Origin: an uncultured Flavobacteriaceae bacterium
GTDB lineage: Bacteria; Bacteroidota; Bacteroidia; Flavobacteriales; Flavobacteriaceae
Length of the DNA stretch: 64,000 nt
Assembly (NCBI GenBank): GCA_905479835.1
Contig: CAJQNZ010000002.1
Location: forward strand, 482 to 64,481
Direction of reading: 5' to 3'
In this document: one piece after another, positions 33,797 to 44,019 of the stretch
Numbering within the stretch: the stretch's first letter is position 1
Layout of the letters: each line of letters opens with the position of its first letter
Translations under genes and position numbers: made by a program
The notes under the pieces: model-generated
The model's input: the letters and a program-made list of their open reading frames with translations, nothing else
What the model was told of the DNA's origin: nothing
Databases searched by the model: none

Positions 33797-34141
33797 ATGA
33801 AATATAACAACATGAAACAAAAACATATTTTTCTCGCATTGGCAATAATAGGTGTTTGCTATACTTGGTATTATAACATTCAGTATTTCCAAACTGCAGA
33901 AAATCCTTCACTAGCCAATTTTTTTGAAGTTGCTCAATCCAATTTTCCTGGAAAATCTTTTGGAGCGGACTTAACTGTTGTTGTAATTGCTTTTTTTGTA
34001 TTTTATATTCCAGATGCAATCAAACTAAAAATAAAATTTTGGTGGATTTTAATTCCATTGACTTTTTTAATCGCTGTTGCTTTTACTTTTCCATTGTATT
34101 TATATCTAAGGGCTACTAAATTAGAAAAATTGAACACATGA
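33797..34141 (+). CDS. DUF2834-like small membrane protein
   Basis: Three hydrophobic helices and an AFTFPLYLYLR tail. Confidence 0.75.
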   Translation: MKYNNMKQKHIFLALAIIGVCYTWYYNIQYFQTAENPSLANFFEVAQSNFPGKSFGADLTVVVIAFFVFYIPDAIKLKIKFWWILIPLTFLIAVAFTFPLYLYLRATKLEKLNT

Positions 34142-34827
34142 AAACTATCGGTTTAATAGGAGGAATTACTCCAGAATCAACAATTCTATATTACCGAATT
34201 TTAAATGATTTGGCGAATAAAGAATTTGGAGGGTCAAGTTCTTGTAAAGTGATTATCAACTCCATGAATTTTGAAGAGATTCAAAACCTACAAAAGGCTG
34301 GAAATTGGGAACTGCTAAATGATATTATGGCAGATGCTGGTAAAAGTTTGGAAAATGCTGGTGCAGATTATATATTGATATGTGCTAATACCATGCATTT
34401 ATGCATTGATGCTATTAAGGAAGTAGTAAAAATTCCAGTCATCCATATTGCAGAAGCGACGGCTAAAGAGGTAAATCTTAAAAACTTAAATAAAGTTGCG
34501 CTTTTAGGAACGAAATACACAATGGAAAATACTTTTTTTACGGATATACTAGAAAGAAATACTATTGAAACAATCATTCCAAACGAAGAAGATAGACAGA
34601 TTATTCATGATGTGATTTATGATGAATTGGCTTTTGGAAAGTTGAATAATGATTCAAAACAAAAGTACATTCAAATTATTAAAAAACTAATTTTGCAAGG
34701 TGCTGAAGGAATTATTTTGGGATGCACCGAAATTCCATTATTAATTAAACAAGAGAATGTGTCGGTTCCTATATTTGACACAACCTTGATACATGCATCT
34801 GAAGTTTTTAAACTAGCCATTGAATAA
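34138..34827 (+). CDS. Aspartate/glutamate racemase family protein
   Basis: IGLIGG..PEST..YY, ICANTMH and ILGCTEIP (two catalytic Cys). Confidence 0.93.
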   Translation: MKTIGLIGGITPESTILYYRILNDLANKEFGGSSSCKVIINSMNFEEIQNLQKAGNWELLNDIMADAGKSLENAGADYILICANTMHLCIDAIKEVVKIPVIHIAEATAKEVNLKNLNKVALLGTKYTMENTFFTDILERNTIETIIPNEEDRQIIHDVIYDELAFGKLNNDSKQKYIQIIKKLILQGAEGIILGCTEIPLLIKQENVSVPIFDTTLIHASEVFKLAIE

Positions 34828-35687
34828 TGAAAAAATTTATTGACACCTTTCTTGAGTTAGATCAATTTTGGAATATCGCTTTATATATCAGTCTAGTTGT
34901 TTTAATTGCTTGGATTTCTTCAAGAGTTATAAGATATATAATTCGTAAGAATATAACGAAACGAAATCAAAGTCGTCAGAGAGAATACAATACAACCAGC
35001 CTTAAATTTTTAATGAATTCTGTTAAGTTTTTCGTTGGAGTCATAGGAATCCTCATTATAATATTTACAATTCCTGTATTACGTGCAAAAGCAACATTTA
35101 TATTTTCAGGAGCAGGAATATTAGCAGCAATTATTGGTTTTGCAGCACAAGCGGCAATATCCAATTTAATTGCTGGAGCATTCATTGTAATTTTTAAGCC
35201 ATTCAGAGTAGGAGATTTTATTAGATTGGATGAAAGTAGAGTAGGAATTGTTGAAGATATTACCTTACGTCATACTGTGATTAATAATTTTGAAAATAAA
35301 AAACTGATCATCCCAAACTCTGTAATAAGCACAGAATCAATACTTAATAATACAATTGATGATTCAAAAGTATTGAGTTTTAATAACTTTAATATTGGAT
35401 TGTATGCTGATATAGATCTTGCACGAAAAATTATTCAAGAAGAGGTTAAAAAATTAAATTATACTATGGACAATCCTGAAAGTAATATTTCAGAGTCTAA
35501 AGATAAAGTTGATGTACGAGTTATTTCTACATTTGATAGTAATATTCATTTACGTGCTTATGTATGGATCAGTGAACCATTTGAAGAGTATAGAAATAGA
35601 GCAATTTTATTTGAAGAAGTACATAAAAGATTTGTAAAAGAAGGTATAGAAATGCCTAAATCTATGCATAAAATTTTCAAAGACTAA
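34827..35687 (+). CDS. MscS family mechanosensitive channel
   Basis: GFAAQ...SN.IAG, KPFRVGD.I and IIPNS. Confidence 0.93.
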   Translation: MKKFIDTFLELDQFWNIALYISLVVLIAWISSRVIRYIIRKNITKRNQSRQREYNTTSLKFLMNSVKFFVGVIGILIIIFTIPVLRAKATFIFSGAGILAAIIGFAAQAAISNLIAGAFIVIFKPFRVGDFIRLDESRVGIVEDITLRHTVINNFENKKLIIPNSVISTESILNNTIDDSKVLSFNNFNIGLYADIDLARKIIQEEVKKLNYTMDNPESNISESKDKVDVRVISTFDSNIHLRAYVWISEPFEEYRNRAILFEEVHKRFVKEGIEMPKSMHKIFKD

Positions 35688-35699
35688 ACTAATTTTTTT

Positions 35700-38066
35700 A
35701 TGAAAAAATACATCTCAATGATTGTGATATTTGTCACAATTTCAACCTATTCACAATTGAATAATCAATCGACACTTTCTCTTGATGAAATCATGAAAGG
35801 AAATGAATTTATCGGACATCAACCATCAGATATTCATTGGAGTGAGGACAGTAAAACCATTTATTTTAATTGGAATCCGGAAAATGAACCCATTTCTTCA
35901 TTGTATAAATATGAACTTTCAACGCAACAGATTGGCAAAGTATCAATTGAAGAGGAAAAGGGTAGAAATGAGACAAGAGATTCTGATTTCACGAAGGATA
36001 AGTCTAAAAAAGTTTTTGTAAAAAATGGAGATATTTTTCTGTCAAATACAAACACTGGAGTTACTTCAACATTGATCAAAACTTTTTCTGAGCGAGAATC
36101 CAATGTGTATTTTACTTCTAATGAGCAATCGATTCTGTTTAATAAAGACAACAATATTTTCAAAATGAATCTGACCAATGGTTCAATTGAGCAATTAACC
36201 AATATAAAACCTGGAAATTCAAGTGGTGAAAATTCTACCACTGAAAAACACACTTGGCTAGCAGATCAACAAGATGAACTCTTCGAAGTGATCAGAGATC
36301 GAAAAGAACGCAAAGAATTAAAAAAAGAACGTTCTGATTTATTAACAGAGGATAAGCCAAACACAATTTATTTAAAAGGAAAATCAATTTCTAGTCTTAA
36401 TATCAATGAAAATGGTAATTATGCAACCTATAAATTATCATCTTATGCAACAAATAAAAGAACGGAAGTTCCACACTTTATAACGGAGTCTGGATATACT
36501 GAAAATCAAAAAGCATATGCTAAAGTAGGTGAGAAGCAAGATAGTCATGAATTGTGGATTCTAGATTTTAAAAGAGATACAACCTATCAAGTAGATTTTT
36601 CAGGATTGAGCGGTATTTATGAAAAACCATTATACTTAAAGGATTATGATTCAGATTTTGCGCGAAAATACGAAGACCCAAAAGCGGTTGATTATGTTTC
36701 TATCACCAATTCGCCCAATAATCAAAATACAATTGTTGAGTTACGCTCGCTAGATAATAAAGACCGATGGTTTGCAAGAATTGATTTTGCAAACGGAAAA
36801 TTAATTGAAGTAAATCATCAGCATGATGAGGCATGGATAGGAGGTCCTGGAATTTCTTGGTGGAATGGAGCAGGAGATTATGAATGGCTTGACGATACGC
36901 ATATATGGTATCATTCTGAGAAAACAGGTTACTCACATCTATACAAAACCAATATTTTTTCTGGCAAAGAAAAAGCCTTGACTTCAGGTAAATGGGAAGT
37001 TCATAATGCAGAATTGTCCAATAATAAGCAGTCTATCTATATCACTACCAATCAAGATCATGCAGGCGAACGTCAATTGTATGCATTGGATTTAAAGAGT
37101 TTGAAATCAACTAAGTTGACAAGTCAAATTGGGAATAATGAAGTGACCATTTCTCCTGACGAACAATACTTTGCAATTCGTCAATCATTTAGTAACAAAC
37201 CTTGGGAATTGTATTTGTTAAAAAATGAAGTTGGAGCAAAAGAAACTCAGTTGACAGATTCTAGAACTGATGAGTTTAAAAATTATGATTGGAAAATTCC
37301 GAAAAACATCACTTTTAAGGCTGCTGATGGAGTCGAAGTTGCTGCTCGTTTATATCAGCCAGAAGGTGGATCCAATGGAAAACCAGCAGTAGTATTTGTC
37401 CATGGAGCAGGATATTTACAAAATGCGCATAAGTGGTTCAGTGGATATTATAGGGAATATATGTTTCATAATTATCTAGTCGATAATGGATACGTAGTAC
37501 TGGATATTGATTATCGAGCAAGTAAAGGTTATGGAAGAGATTATCGTACAGCAATCTATCGTCATATGGGAGGAAAAGACTTGTTTGACCAAGTTGATGG
37601 TGTGAAACATCTTGTAAGTAAATACGGAATTGATAAAGAAAATGTAGGAATCTATGGAGGTTCTTATGGTGGATTTATAACCATTATGGGAATGTTCAAT
37701 GCACCAGAAACGTTTAAAAGTGGTGCCGCTATACGTTCGGTTACGGATTGGGCGCATTATCATCACGCATATACTTCCAATATCTTAAACACACCAGTTT
37801 CTGATCCAAAGGCTTATCAGAGAAGTTCGCCGATAAACTTTGCCGAAGGTCTAGAAGGAGACTTACTGATGTTACACGGAATGATTGATGATAATGTTCA
37901 TTTTCAAGATGTGGTAAGATTGACTCAGAAATTAATCGAACTGAAAAAAGAAAATTTTGAAATGGCAATTTATCCTGTGGAAAGGCACGGATTTATTGAG
38001 TCTAGTTCTTGGAGTGATGAATACAAACGTATTTATAAATTGTTTGGGAGGACGTTGAAGGAGTAG
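35700..38066 (+). CDS. S9 family (DPP IV-like) peptidase
   Basis: Signal peptide, beta-propeller, GGSYGG nucleophile, DDNVH and HGF. Confidence 0.93.
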   Translation: MKKYISMIVIFVTISTYSQLNNQSTLSLDEIMKGNEFIGHQPSDIHWSEDSKTIYFNWNPENEPISSLYKYELSTQQIGKVSIEEEKGRNETRDSDFTKDKSKKVFVKNGDIFLSNTNTGVTSTLIKTFSERESNVYFTSNEQSILFNKDNNIFKMNLTNGSIEQLTNIKPGNSSGENSTTEKHTWLADQQDELFEVIRDRKERKELKKERSDLLTEDKPNTIYLKGKSISSLNINENGNYATYKLSSYATNKRTEVPHFITESGYTENQKAYAKVGEKQDSHELWILDFKRDTTYQVDFSGLSGIYEKPLYLKDYDSDFARKYEDPKAVDYVSITNSPNNQNTIVELRSLDNKDRWFARIDFANGKLIEVNHQHDEAWIGGPGISWWNGAGDYEWLDDTHIWYHSEKTGYSHLYKTNIFSGKEKALTSGKWEVHNAELSNNKQSIYITTNQDHAGERQLYALDLKSLKSTKLTSQIGNNEVTISPDEQYFAIRQSFSNKPWELYLLKNEVGAKETQLTDSRTDEFKNYDWKIPKNITFKAADGVEVAARLYQPEGGSNGKPAVVFVHGAGYLQNAHKWFSGYYREYMFHNYLVDNGYVVLDIDYRASKGYGRDYRTAIYRHMGGKDLFDQVDGVKHLVSKYGIDKENVGIYGGSYGGFITIMGMFNAPETFKSGAAIRSVTDWAHYHHAYTSNILNTPVSDPKAYQRSSPINFAEGLEGDLLMLHGMIDDNVHFQDVVRLTQKLIELKKENFEMAIYPVERHGFIESSSWSDEYKRIYKLFGRTLKE

Positions 38067-38097
38067 TTTTTAATTAAAAATTTGATATATAATAGAT

Positions 38098-38409
38098 TTG
38101 CATTTGCAAATAAAAAAATTACGAATTTTATTAATTATTCTTACTTTAATCCAAGTTGGATATTTGATTATAACTTTTATTTATCCCAAACTTTGGATAA
38201 AACTTGATTTTGAATACAAAGTAAATTGGTTTATTTTGGGATTGCATATAATTGTTGCAGGAGTTTTAATTTGTTTCAATTGTAGAAAATTATCAATTGA
38301 TAAAAGAACAAAAGTCAACAATACTTTTCTAATTTTATTTTTAGGTGTTATTGGAATGTGGCTTTGGATTCCTAATAAGCGTGAAATTGAAAAAATGATA
38401 ACTATTTAA
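38098..38409 (+). CDS. Hypothetical small membrane protein
   Basis: Three hydrophobic segments; TTG start. Confidence 0.6.
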   Translation: MHLQIKKLRILLIILTLIQVGYLIITFIYPKLWIKLDFEYKVNWFILGLHIIVAGVLICFNCRKLSIDKRTKVNNTFLILFLGVIGMWLWIPNKREIEKMITI

Positions 38410-38860
38410 TAAGTATATACCCAACTTTCTCAATCCCAATATCGGTCACCCATACTTTTTCTTCAATGAAGCCATTTTTTAAATAGAGGGTTTTTGCAGG
38501 TTTGTTGGCATTTCCAGTTTCTACAAGAATTTTAGAAACATTAGGAGCATAATGAATAGCATATTGTACGAGTATGCTACCAATTCCTCTTCTGAAAAAA
38601 ACAGGATCTACGATAAGACTTCGTATTAATGTGTATTTTTCATTGGCATCCAGTTCCATCACTGCAGCCAAGGATTCTCCTTCATAATATCCATAGAATA
38701 AAGTTGTACTTTCTTGAATGTCTGTTGAAGTTCGCATAAGTGGAGGAAACGAAATAGTAGGAATACCAAGAAGTTTGGATTCGTAAGGGTAGGAAACTTG
38801 AAAGATTCTATAAATCTCTTTCGCAGTATCAATGTTTGTATGTTTGATGAGTTTAATCAT
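38402..38860 (-). CDS. GNAT N-acetyltransferase
   Basis: V.P..FRRGIGS.L and N.PA..LY.K.GF. Confidence 0.9.
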   Translation of the reverse strand: MIKLIKHTNIDTAKEIYRIFQVSYPYESKLLGIPTISFPPLMRTSTDIQESTTLFYGYYEGESLAAVMELDANEKYTLIRSLIVDPVFFRRGIGSILVQYAIHYAPNVSKILVETGNANKPAKTLYLKNGFIEEKVWVTDIGIEKVGYILIK

Positions 38861-38911
38861 TGATTTTCTAATAATTTTTTAAATTCGAGAGAATATTAAA
38901 TATTTAAAAAA

Positions 38912-39042
38912 CATCTCGATACTATTTTGCATGAAAAACGCAAAATCACTCGATGTAACGTATCTTTTCTATTTGATTTTATAGAAGATTTATACTGTCA
39001 GTTCGTGTCAAATTTCTTTTTCTGAAATTTTGTATCGAGAAC
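38912..39042. repeat. Pair of REP-like repeats in opposite orientation (38912-38959 minus; 38996-39042 plus)
   Basis: Consensus TGTCAGTTCGAGT-[hairpin]-GTATCGAGAAC with a different internal stem in each copy. Confidence 0.8.
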
Positions 39043-39062
39043 TTTGGGCAAAATTTTCTTCG

Positions 39063-39659
39063 TTATTTTATTTTTTTGACCAAACTCTTTTTTACACTAT
39101 CAAACCATTCATCTTTTAAAATACTAAGAATAATACTATCTCGTCTTCCAACTTCGGCTTTGCAATTACTACGCAATATACCTTCCGCTGTGCAACCTAT
39201 GCTTTTCATGGCAGCAATACTACGTTCGTTTGTTGCATCCGCACGAAACTCTACACGATCAATACCTAAAGCTTCAAAAGCAAATTCTAATAATAAGTAT
39301 TTACAGTTTTTATTCAATCCTGTTCCTTGAAAGTCTTTTCCGTACCAAGTATATCCTAGTTGGACTGTATTATGTAATTCTTGATAATCATAAAAACGTG
39401 TACTTCCAGCATATTTTCCAGTTCTCTTGTCAAAAACAATAAAAGCATAGGACATTTTATTGTTTTTACTTTTAAAAGCAATATCCATATACTTTCTTAA
39501 GTTTTTCAATCCTCCAGCAGGAACTAGAGAATACGTCCATAAATCAGGCTCTTCTAGTGAAAACTGAGATAGAATATCAAAATCACTTTCAACTAAAGGG
39601 CGAAGTTGAACAACTTCGTTTTCTATGATGTATTCTTTGCTAAAGTCTAATTTTTCCAT
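39063..39659 (-). CDS. GNAT acetyltransferase (RimJ/RimL-like)
   Basis: GSTRF, LGYTWY...QGTGLN and N.RS..A...IG...EG.LR. Confidence 0.9.
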   Translation of the reverse strand: MEKLDFSKEYIIENEVVQLRPLVESDFDILSQFSLEEPDLWTYSLVPAGGLKNLRKYMDIAFKSKNNKMSYAFIVFDKRTGKYAGSTRFYDYQELHNTVQLGYTWYGKDFQGTGLNKNCKYLLLEFAFEALGIDRVEFRADATNERSIAAMKSIGCTAEGILRSNCKAEVGRRDSIILSILKDEWFDSVKKSLVKKIK

Positions 39660-39660
39660 A

Positions 39661-40797
39661 CTAATTCATTTTTTCAAAAAAAGTCAATTCATAGTCTTTT
39701 AAAACTTCAGGATGCGCAATTTTAATTATATCCTTTAACACAAGATCAGGTCGAGTAGGAGCCAACTCATAGTAAATAACGCCACCATTCAATCCTTTTT
39801 TATTTGCAAAAGTATATACGTTGTTATTTTCAAATGCTTCAAATTGTTCGTAATGCTTGCTAGACTTAAGCATTTGTTCTTTGGTTTCGAAATATCCAGG
39901 AGCGATCCATAAATCAGTAAATTGCCCTTTATCTAGTACATTTTCAAAATTCAATTGAAGACTTCCTTTGCCTTCAGTATCTTTCCATAAGTAATCTGTA
40001 TTCGCATCTTTTAAAAATTGCGCAACAAAACTCTCTCCTGCAGGTAAGTTCCAGACATCCTTGAATAATGCACCAGATAAAACTGTTGGTTTATTACTAG
40101 TAGATACTGCATTTTTTTTAGAAGTATTGTACTGATTTTCAATGTTTTGAAATATAGAATCAGCCATTTGTTCTTTTCCATAGAGAATACCAAAAAACTT
40201 AATCCATTCTGCTCTTCCTAAAGGGGTTTCTTCTAGCCAATCTCCATTATAGATCAATGGAATTCCTGCTCTTTCAATAGTTGATAAAGATTTATTTCCG
40301 CCACTCATGGCAAATGCAATAACAGCATCAGGTTCCAAATCAATTAGTATTTCAGTATTGATATTTCCATCATTTCCTAATTCTTGGATCTTTCCATTTT
40401 CTACTAATTTTCTAGTTGCTTCTGAAGAAATATAACGTGTATTGGGAAATCCGATTAATGTTTGCTCAACTTCGAGTAATTCGAGCATCGGAATATGTGT
40501 CGTACTTGTAACTACCGTTTTTTCTAATGGAATTCTAATTATTTTTTCATCATTAACAAATTGAGAAGAGGAAGTTTCTCTATCTATTAAAATATATTCT
40601 AAATGTTCATTTGAATCAGGATAAGGTGATTTAACAACAAGTTTAATGTATGTTTTAAAATTCTGAATATCAAACCCTTTTGCGTAATTAATTGAACTAT
40701 TAATTTTAGTTTCTTTTTTTTCTTTTTTAACACCTGTTTTACAAGAAATTAAAAATAAAAAGACACATATGATTGGAAGAAATTTGTTAAAATTCAC
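39661..40797 (-). CDS. ABC transporter substrate-binding lipoprotein (BtuF-like, Fe/B12 family)
   Basis: Lipobox, YAKGF, E..PLGRAEWIKF and RPDLVLKD; divergent from the B12 riboswitch/btuB. Confidence 0.88.
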   Translation of the reverse strand: MNFNKFLPIICVFLFLISCKTGVKKEKKETKINSSINYAKGFDIQNFKTYIKLVVKSPYPDSNEHLEYILIDRETSSSQFVNDEKIIRIPLEKTVVTSTTHIPMLELLEVEQTLIGFPNTRYISSEATRKLVENGKIQELGNDGNINTEILIDLEPDAVIAFAMSGGNKSLSTIERAGIPLIYNGDWLEETPLGRAEWIKFFGILYGKEQMADSIFQNIENQYNTSKKNAVSTSNKPTVLSGALFKDVWNLPAGESFVAQFLKDANTDYLWKDTEGKGSLQLNFENVLDKGQFTDLWIAPGYFETKEQMLKSSKHYEQFEAFENNNVYTFANKKGLNGGVIYYELAPTRPDLVLKDIIKIAHPEVLKDYELTFFEKMN

Positions 40798-40867
40798 AGT
40801 TGTAATTTAATATGTCGAAGTTATTAAATTTCTGATAATTTAAATGCGTTTAACCTAATATTATTTA

Positions 40868-40875
40868 TACATTTG
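40868..40875 (+). promoter_or_regulatory. Bacteroidota -7 promoter element
   Basis: TACATTTG immediately before the riboswitch. Confidence 0.7.
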
Positions 40876-40879
40876 TCGC

Positions 40880-41068
40880 GATATTGGTTTTCAATTCTTT
40901 AGTACAAGGAATAGAAATTAAAAGGGAATTCGGTGAGATACCGAGACTGTTCCCGCAACTGTAAACTTAGTTCGCCTTAGGCGAATGTTTACTATCACAA
41001 CTTTAAAACCACTGTTCATAAGAATGGGAAGGTAGATAGTAAAACGTAAGTCAGGAGACCTGCCATAA
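40880..41068 (+). ncRNA. Cobalamin riboswitch
   Basis: AAAAGGGAATTCGGTG, CTGTTCCCGCAACTGTAA, CCACTG...TGGGAAGG and the B12 box AAGTCAGGAGACCTGCC, upstream of a TBDR. Confidence 0.96.
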
Positions 41069-41164
41069 TCATTGAGGACAAAAACTTTCGGGAGAAAAGG
41101 TTTAGTAACTTATACTATTCAAATATTTTTCACCGATTTAGTAGTAATTATTAAATCATTAAAA

Positions 41165-43093
41165 ATGAACAAAAACACTATTTACCTTGGCGTACTAGTA
41201 TTGTTATTGACTGCAACTATTGTCAATGCACAAGAAAATAAACAAGAAAAGGTCGAAGAATTGGATGAAGTTTTCCTTTCTGACACAAAATTTGAATTGA
41301 AAAAAGAAAATTCTGGAAAAGTAATTTACAAGATTACGGCTCAAGAAATTGAGCAAAATACTGGTGAAACGGTAATGGATATACTTGATAATATTGCTGG
41401 AGTTGAAGTAAATGGAAATAATAACGCTCCAGGATCAAACATTGGATTGTATTTTCGTGGAGGTCGTAATCGTCAAGTAGCAGTAATGATTGATGGTGTT
41501 TTAGTAACTGATCCTACTGGTATATCATCATCTTATAACTTGAATTTATTGGATTTAAATCAAGTTGAATCTATTGAAATATTAAAAGGTTCTTCAAGTA
41601 CTTTATATGGTTCAGGTGCTGCAGCTGGTGTAATTAATATCAAGTTGAAAAAAGCCTCAAATACCCCTATTTCTTTTAACTACACGGCAAGTTTAGGTAC
41701 AAATGAAACACAGAGAAATCGTAAAATGAATCTTGACGAAATCAGTCAAAGTATTGGATTAAGAGGAGCTTTGGACAAATTTTCTTATTTGGCAAACTTC
41801 AGTATGGCTTCAATAAGTGGAATGTCTGCTGCGAATGATAAAGATGCAGCAATACCATTTCAAGAAGATGCTTTTTTAAACAACAATTCTATGTTGAAAT
41901 TGGGTTATCAAGTGTCTGATCAATTGAATTTTGAATTGTTTGGTGATTACAATCAATACGATTATGATTATGATGGAGGTGCTTATTTTGATTCAGACAT
42001 CAATAATGGTTCTGAAGAACAGTTGAGAGTTGGATTAAAATCAAATTTTAAATATAACAAAGGAAAGTTGATAGCTACTGTTTCTATGAGTGATCTTGAG
42101 AGAGGTTTTGAAAGTTTCAATGGCTTTTCAGGTACAATTGATAATTATTTATATGAGGGTAAAACTGTATTTGCAGAATTGATTAACAAGTATAATTTTT
42201 CAGAAAATGTGCATGTTATTACTGGAATTAATTACCAAGATTTTGATAACAATACAACGACACCATTTGGAAATATTGATCGTGAATTGGCAAATTATTC
42301 TACGTTTGATCCATTTGCAACAGTTGTGTATTCCAAGAATAAATTTAATTTGAATGCAGGATTGCGATTGAATACACATAGTGAATACGGAAGCCACTTA
42401 GTGTATCACTTGAATCCTTCATATCATTTAAAATCTACGGATGATTTTAAATTAAAGGCCTTAGCATCTTATTCTACTGCTTTTATAGCGCCAAGTACTT
42501 ATCAATTATTTTCTGTCTATGGAAATATTGATTTAAATCCAGAAGAAAATTCAACGATTGAATTTGGATTAGAAACTTCTTATAAAGATTGGTTAGAGGC
42601 TACTGCTGTTTTCTTTTATAGAGAAGAGGACAATGCGATAATTTTGCCAGATTTTATTACTTATGTAAATGGAGAGTCTACTGTTAATGCTAGAGGTGTT
42701 GAAACAGTTGTAAGTATTCAACCTATCGAAAAAGTGAAAGTAACGTTAGCACATACATATACTAATAAAAGCGCTGATTTCAATTATATTCCAGAACATA
42801 AATTCAATGCAAGAGTAGAAGTAAAATCACTAGAACACACATTTATTTCATTTAACTTTAAAAATGTAGGTGAAAGAACTTATTTCGATCAATGGGGATC
42901 TTTTGGAACCGCTGGAGAAGATGTTTTAATGGATTCTTATCAATTGGTTGATTTCAACGTAAATCATAACCTAGGGGATCATGCAGTAGTATTTGCTTCT
43001 TTACAGAATGCGTTCAATGAAGATTATGAGGATACCTTAGGTTTTTCAACAAGAGGGAGAAACTTCAGAGTAGGATTGAAGTTGAATTTTTAG
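41165..43093 (+). CDS. btuB: Vitamin B12 TonB-dependent receptor
   Basis: Plug motif IEILKG..STLYG..A..GVINI and C-terminal Phe, behind a cobalamin riboswitch. Start moved to ATG 41165. Confidence 0.88.
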   Translation: MNKNTIYLGVLVLLLTATIVNAQENKQEKVEELDEVFLSDTKFELKKENSGKVIYKITAQEIEQNTGETVMDILDNIAGVEVNGNNNAPGSNIGLYFRGGRNRQVAVMIDGVLVTDPTGISSSYNLNLLDLNQVESIEILKGSSSTLYGSGAAAGVINIKLKKASNTPISFNYTASLGTNETQRNRKMNLDEISQSIGLRGALDKFSYLANFSMASISGMSAANDKDAAIPFQEDAFLNNNSMLKLGYQVSDQLNFELFGDYNQYDYDYDGGAYFDSDINNGSEEQLRVGLKSNFKYNKGKLIATVSMSDLERGFESFNGFSGTIDNYLYEGKTVFAELINKYNFSENVHVITGINYQDFDNNTTTPFGNIDRELANYSTFDPFATVVYSKNKFNLNAGLRLNTHSEYGSHLVYHLNPSYHLKSTDDFKLKALASYSTAFIAPSTYQLFSVYGNIDLNPEENSTIEFGLETSYKDWLEATAVFFYREEDNAIILPDFITYVNGESTVNARGVETVVSIQPIEKVKVTLAHTYTNKSADFNYIPEHKFNARVEVKSLEHTFISFNFKNVGERTYFDQWGSFGTAGEDVLMDSYQLVDFNVNHNLGDHAVVFASLQNAFNEDYEDTLGFSTRGRNFRVGLKLNF

Positions 43094-43116
43094 ATTTATC
43101 TTGATTTGATAAAATC

Positions 43117-43234
43117 TGTCAATTTGAGTGAATTTTACAATTGTAATGAGTAAAATTTGTATCGAGAATTAGAGTTGCATTTATTAAGCTAGTTCTCGAT
43201 ACATTTTTTTGTCAAAAAAATACTCGAACTGACA
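43117..43234. repeat. Inverted pair of REP-like repeats (43117-43169 plus; 43192-43234 minus)
   Basis: TGTCAATTTGAGTG-[hairpin]-GTATCGAGAAT ... GTTCTCGATAC-[hairpin]-ACTCGAACTGACA. Confidence 0.8.
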
Positions 43235-43252
43235 TTTGAAAAATGTTTCATT

Positions 43253-43771
43253 TTAAAACATATCATCAACCTCATCTTTTATAAAACTAAGTGCCGTTGT
43301 AGAAGGAGGAGCACTGTCTACCATTCTTTGCAATATACCTTCTCGTAATTCTTGTGAAGAAATAATATTTTCATCTTCTGCTGTTTTTTTAATGATATGT
43401 GTTGTTGCATTTTTAGAAGTAATGATAATGCTCCAGCATTTTTCTGACATATAAATCTGTTGAGCTATATTATGTTCAAATTCTTGTTCAATACTTTGAA
43501 TCAACTTGTCCACATAAAGATTTTTATTAGCATCCGTAGGAGTTACACGCACCAGTAATTTGGAAGGATTGATACGTTCCATAAAAAGTGTCATGCGTTC
43601 ATAGGCTTGCAATCGCAGAGGGATGGTTACTTTTTTATCTTCTTTAAATAACATGAAGTTGCGTTTATTTTCTTCATCCTTCGATTTATTCAAAAAGAAA
43701 AAATATGCAATTGCTCCAGTAACAATGGATGGAATTGTGTATTGTAAAATTTCGATGACTTGATCTATCAT
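43253..43771 (-). CDS. Conserved hypothetical protein with N-terminal TM helix
   Basis: Long ORF with a PLRLQAYERM.LF.ERI.P / EFEHN.AQQIY.S..W signature typical of Bacteroidota conserved proteins. Confidence 0.8.
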   Translation of the reverse strand: MIDQVIEILQYTIPSIVTGAIAYFFFLNKSKDEENKRNFMLFKEDKKVTIPLRLQAYERMTLFMERINPSKLLVRVTPTDANKNLYVDKLIQSIEQEFEHNIAQQIYMSEKCWSIIITSKNATTHIIKKTAEDENIISSQELREGILQRMVDSAPPSTTALSFIKDEVDDMF

Positions 43772-43857
43772 ATATCTTTCAATTGAATTTCAAAGATATA
43801 TTTTTTTTGAAAAATTATAGAATGTACTTAAAGAATTATCCTACGACCATTTAAAAT

Positions 43858-44013
43858 AAAAAAAAAGAGACTGAAATAATTAAGTATATATACCTAATGA
43901 CTTCCTATCTCTTTTAATAACTAATAGTTTCTTTTTCATATCAAAATATTTATAAAGAATTCAACCCCAAATTAAAATTCTTATATAATGTTTTAATGAA
44001 ACATAATATTAGT
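43858..44013 (-). ncRNA. Candidate structured sRNA (about 155 nt); ends approximate
   Basis: Own promoter, a hairpin at 43985-43951 with a UUUGGGG loop, and a long G-U-containing terminal hairpin followed by a U-tract. Confidence 0.45.
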
Positions 44014-44019
44014 ACAATA

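Noticed and set aside
41072-41164. N-terminal extension of btuB from TTG 41072
   Set aside because: Overlaps the riboswitch expression platform; the signal peptide starts at ATG 41165.
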